A stretch of DNA of 64,000 bases, taken from contig CAXXVS010000003.1 of the NCBI GenBank assembly GCA_963674755.2, forward strand, positions 1,760,001-1,824,000, given 5' to 3'. This DNA is from Desulfobacterales bacterium. Lineage in GTDB: Bacteria > Desulfobacterota > Desulfobacteria > Desulfobacterales > UBA5852. Below, piece after piece: positions 61,914 to 64,000 of this stretch. Numbering within the stretch: position 1 is the first letter of the stretch; each line of letters starts with the position of its first letter. A program made the position numbers and the translations under genes. The notes beneath the pieces are model-generated. The model ran no database searches. It was given only the letters and a program-made list of their open reading frames with translations, and had not been told where the DNA came from.

Positions 61914-63290
61914 TCAGTCAGCGGAACGCCCGCCTGTTTTAGCCAACAGCTCGGTGAGTTGATCGATTCGGAGCCTTTCAAGCTGCTGGACCGCTTCAAA
62001 GAGAGCTTGCAGGGTTTCTTCTTCGACGAAAGACTGACCCAGGGAGTTGAACTTGCGCCATGCCCCTTCCCAGTTGACGGGGTTCGTGTAAAAACCTTCG
62101 TAGTCCTTCCGTTCTACCCAAAGGTTTCCACCGTCTTTAAGCTGGATGGTGATGCGGGACCGCATTTCGTCAGGAAAGGAGGCTGAAAATTCTGGTAATT
62201 CCTGCACCGTGATTCTTTGCATCAACCCCTGTACGTCATCAGCGACGATCCGATCGGCGCGATATTGCGCGGGCATAACCTGACCGTCCAGCAGGGCAAC
62301 AGCCACCATGTAGGGCAAGCTATGGTCGGCCTCTTCTTTGGTTCGGACGACTGATTTGTCACCCTCCTCACCCCCTCCGATGATATGAAAGGCGACATCG
62401 AAGGTGTCGATCTGGATAGATTCAATCTCATGGGGCTTCACCCCATAGGTCGCGCGGAGTTCGAGGGTGCCTTCCAAGGTGGCCTGGGAGTGGATTTCAG
62501 CGTTGTATTTCTTGACAATGGTGCGCTTAACTCGCTCAAGGTCTTCCTGTTGCCAGTCGATCTCGAAGGGGCCGGCGATGGCTTCCATGAACCCCTTGTT
62601 ACCCTCAAAAACTTCAGGGGGACCGGTGATACCACGTTTGGCCAAAAAGGCGGCGTGGATGGCACCGAAGGCGGTATTGGGGTAGGCCAGTCCTTTCCAG
62701 TGGGAAAGCGTGCCAGTGCGGGTGACACGTAGGGCGTTAAAGGCCGTTCCACTGATTGCGATGGCATTGGCGGTCTGATCGACATCCAGCCCGAGGGCCT
62801 TCGCAGCGCCGGCGGCCGCGGCATAGGACCCTTGGGTGGTGTGATCGAATCCCTTGGCCCGCACCGGCGCTTCATCCGAGAGACGGCACTGGACCTGATA
62901 GGCGGCGGCCAGGGCCGTAAGGAATTTCTTGCCGCTGGCCCGGGCGTATTCAGCAGCGGCCAGGACGGCCCCCAAATTGTCGCTGGGATGGCAGGTTTCC
63001 CCAGACGCCAGATAACTATCATTGAAATCCAGATAGCGGACCAAGGCGCTGTTGTAGAATGTGGCACGATCAGGAGCGTTTTGGCCGCCTCCGATTAGGG
63101 TGCAAACCGACCGGCCGCCGAAATCCATCAACTGATCATGAACTATCTTAACTGGTTCGCCTGCCTGGGCAGCAATGGCGCACCCCAAGGCATCGACGAC
63201 CCGCAGCTTCAACTGGTCGCAGGCTTGTGACGAGATGTCCTCGAACCGCAACGAAACTAGCCAGCGCGCAATTTTTTCTGCATGTGTCAT
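61914..63290 (-). CDS. MmgE/PrpD-family protein (2-methylcitrate dehydratase-like)
   Basis: RYLDFND, CHPSDN, DH, LSHWKG, AEIHSQ, ADHSLPY; AAGGAG SD. Confidence 0.92.
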   Translation of the reverse strand: MTHAEKIARWLVSLRFEDISSQACDQLKLRVVDALGCAIAAQAGEPVKIVHDQLMDFGGRSVCTLIGGGQNAPDRATFYNSALVRYLDFNDSYLASGETCHPSDNLGAVLAAAEYARASGKKFLTALAAAYQVQCRLSDEAPVRAKGFDHTTQGSYAAAAGAAKALGLDVDQTANAIAISGTAFNALRVTRTGTLSHWKGLAYPNTAFGAIHAAFLAKRGITGPPEVFEGNKGFMEAIAGPFEIDWQQEDLERVKRTIVKKYNAEIHSQATLEGTLELRATYGVKPHEIESIQIDTFDVAFHIIGGGEEGDKSVVRTKEEADHSLPYMVAVALLDGQVMPAQYRADRIVADDVQGLMQRITVQELPEFSASFPDEMRSRITIQLKDGGNLWVERKDYEGFYTNPVNWEGAWRKFNSLGQSFVEEETLQALFEAVQQLERLRIDQLTELLAKTGGRSAD

Positions 63291-63313
63291 GACACTCCTT
63301 TATCTGCGGTCGT

Positions 63314-63715
63314 TCAAAACTCTGACGAGACATCCTGATCCGGTCCAAAGATATTGATCATGGCGTTGTTGAGCTGATCCAGTTGGAATGGTTTGAATAA
63401 AACATGATTTATGCCGCTGCCCCTAACATTAGGAAGAACATTGCTTGGGGCTTCTCCGGTGAGTGCGATTATTGGTATGTCAGGTTTAATGGACTTTATT
63501 CGTAGGGCGAGTTCCCAACCGTCTATTTGCGGCATGTTGATATCCGTCATTACAAGATTAAAACCATCATCGGTCTCCATAATCTCTAGTGCCTCAGAAC
63601 CGCCTATTGCTGGTACCGTCTCGTATCCTAATTTTATCAATATCTGGCAGACAGACTTCAGCACTACTTTGCTATCATCGACGACAAGGATACGTATTTT
63701 TATTGGTTTCTGCAT
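63314..63715 (-). CDS. Single-domain response regulator receiver
   Basis: ILVVDD, TDINMP, ALTG, KPF; GAGGAGG SD. Confidence 0.88.
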   Translation of the reverse strand: MQKPIKIRILVVDDSKVVLKSVCQILIKLGYETVPAIGGSEALEIMETDDGFNLVMTDINMPQIDGWELALRIKSIKPDIPIIALTGEAPSNVLPNVRGSGINHVLFKPFQLDQLNNAMINIFGPDQDVSSEF

Positions 63716-64000
63716 AGCTCCCCTCCTCTCAGCAAGGGTAGCTTCATCAAGTGCCTTCATGCCTAAAAACAACTCACGTGGAATTTCGGAAACGTTTTTT
63801 TAACATCCTTGATAAGTAATCCCCGACGGTGTTTAGTTGAAGCGTAGTCCGCATTCTGCTCTCACTATTCATCTGTCTATACCGGACTCAAACTTGACAG
63901 ACGTTTTTATATTCGTGGTTATAGGCTAGTACATGCAAATAGATGCGTAAAGGATCGGAATAAATATTTCCTGACAAACCCCATATTCGATTCTTTTTGT

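Overview
Bacterial accessory-type region. Gene content and repeat style suggest a Desulfobacterota-like organism, but this is inference. Left to right: (1) a dpp/opp-type ABC transporter operon ending in an MlrC-family peptidase and an atypical KamA-family radical SAM aminomutase; (2) an apparently exact 2,305-bp tandem duplication carrying an HD-domain gene and a fluoride (crcB-class) riboswitch, which sits directly in front of a dynamin-like GTPase and a decayed enolase; (3) a GC-rich membrane and transport block (cytochrome b, UPF0182, HAD, RND efflux trio, MFS, UppP, ClC-CBS, methyltransferase, S41 protease), interrupted by a 771-bp poly-C tract that is almost certainly an artefact; (4) two atypical Hsp70 genes with a membrane-anchored DUF2760/GrpE-like partner; (5) small accessory genes, including a ZraP-like gene with a sigma54-type promoter; (6) an AT-rich ~11-kb carboxylate-metabolism cassette bounded by 182-bp direct repeats; (7) an island-edge zone with a HerA remnant, a DUF3800 gene preceded by a structured RNA and terminator, and a tmRNA 3' fragment that looks like an att site; (8) IHF, ComA-like, PrpD-like and receiver genes. 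Best candidates for undescribed systems: the fluoride-riboswitch-led dynamin-like GTPase, the RNA-terminator-DUF3800 module, and the DUF2760-Hsp70-Hsp70 triad. All family calls come from motifs read by eye; no database search was run.
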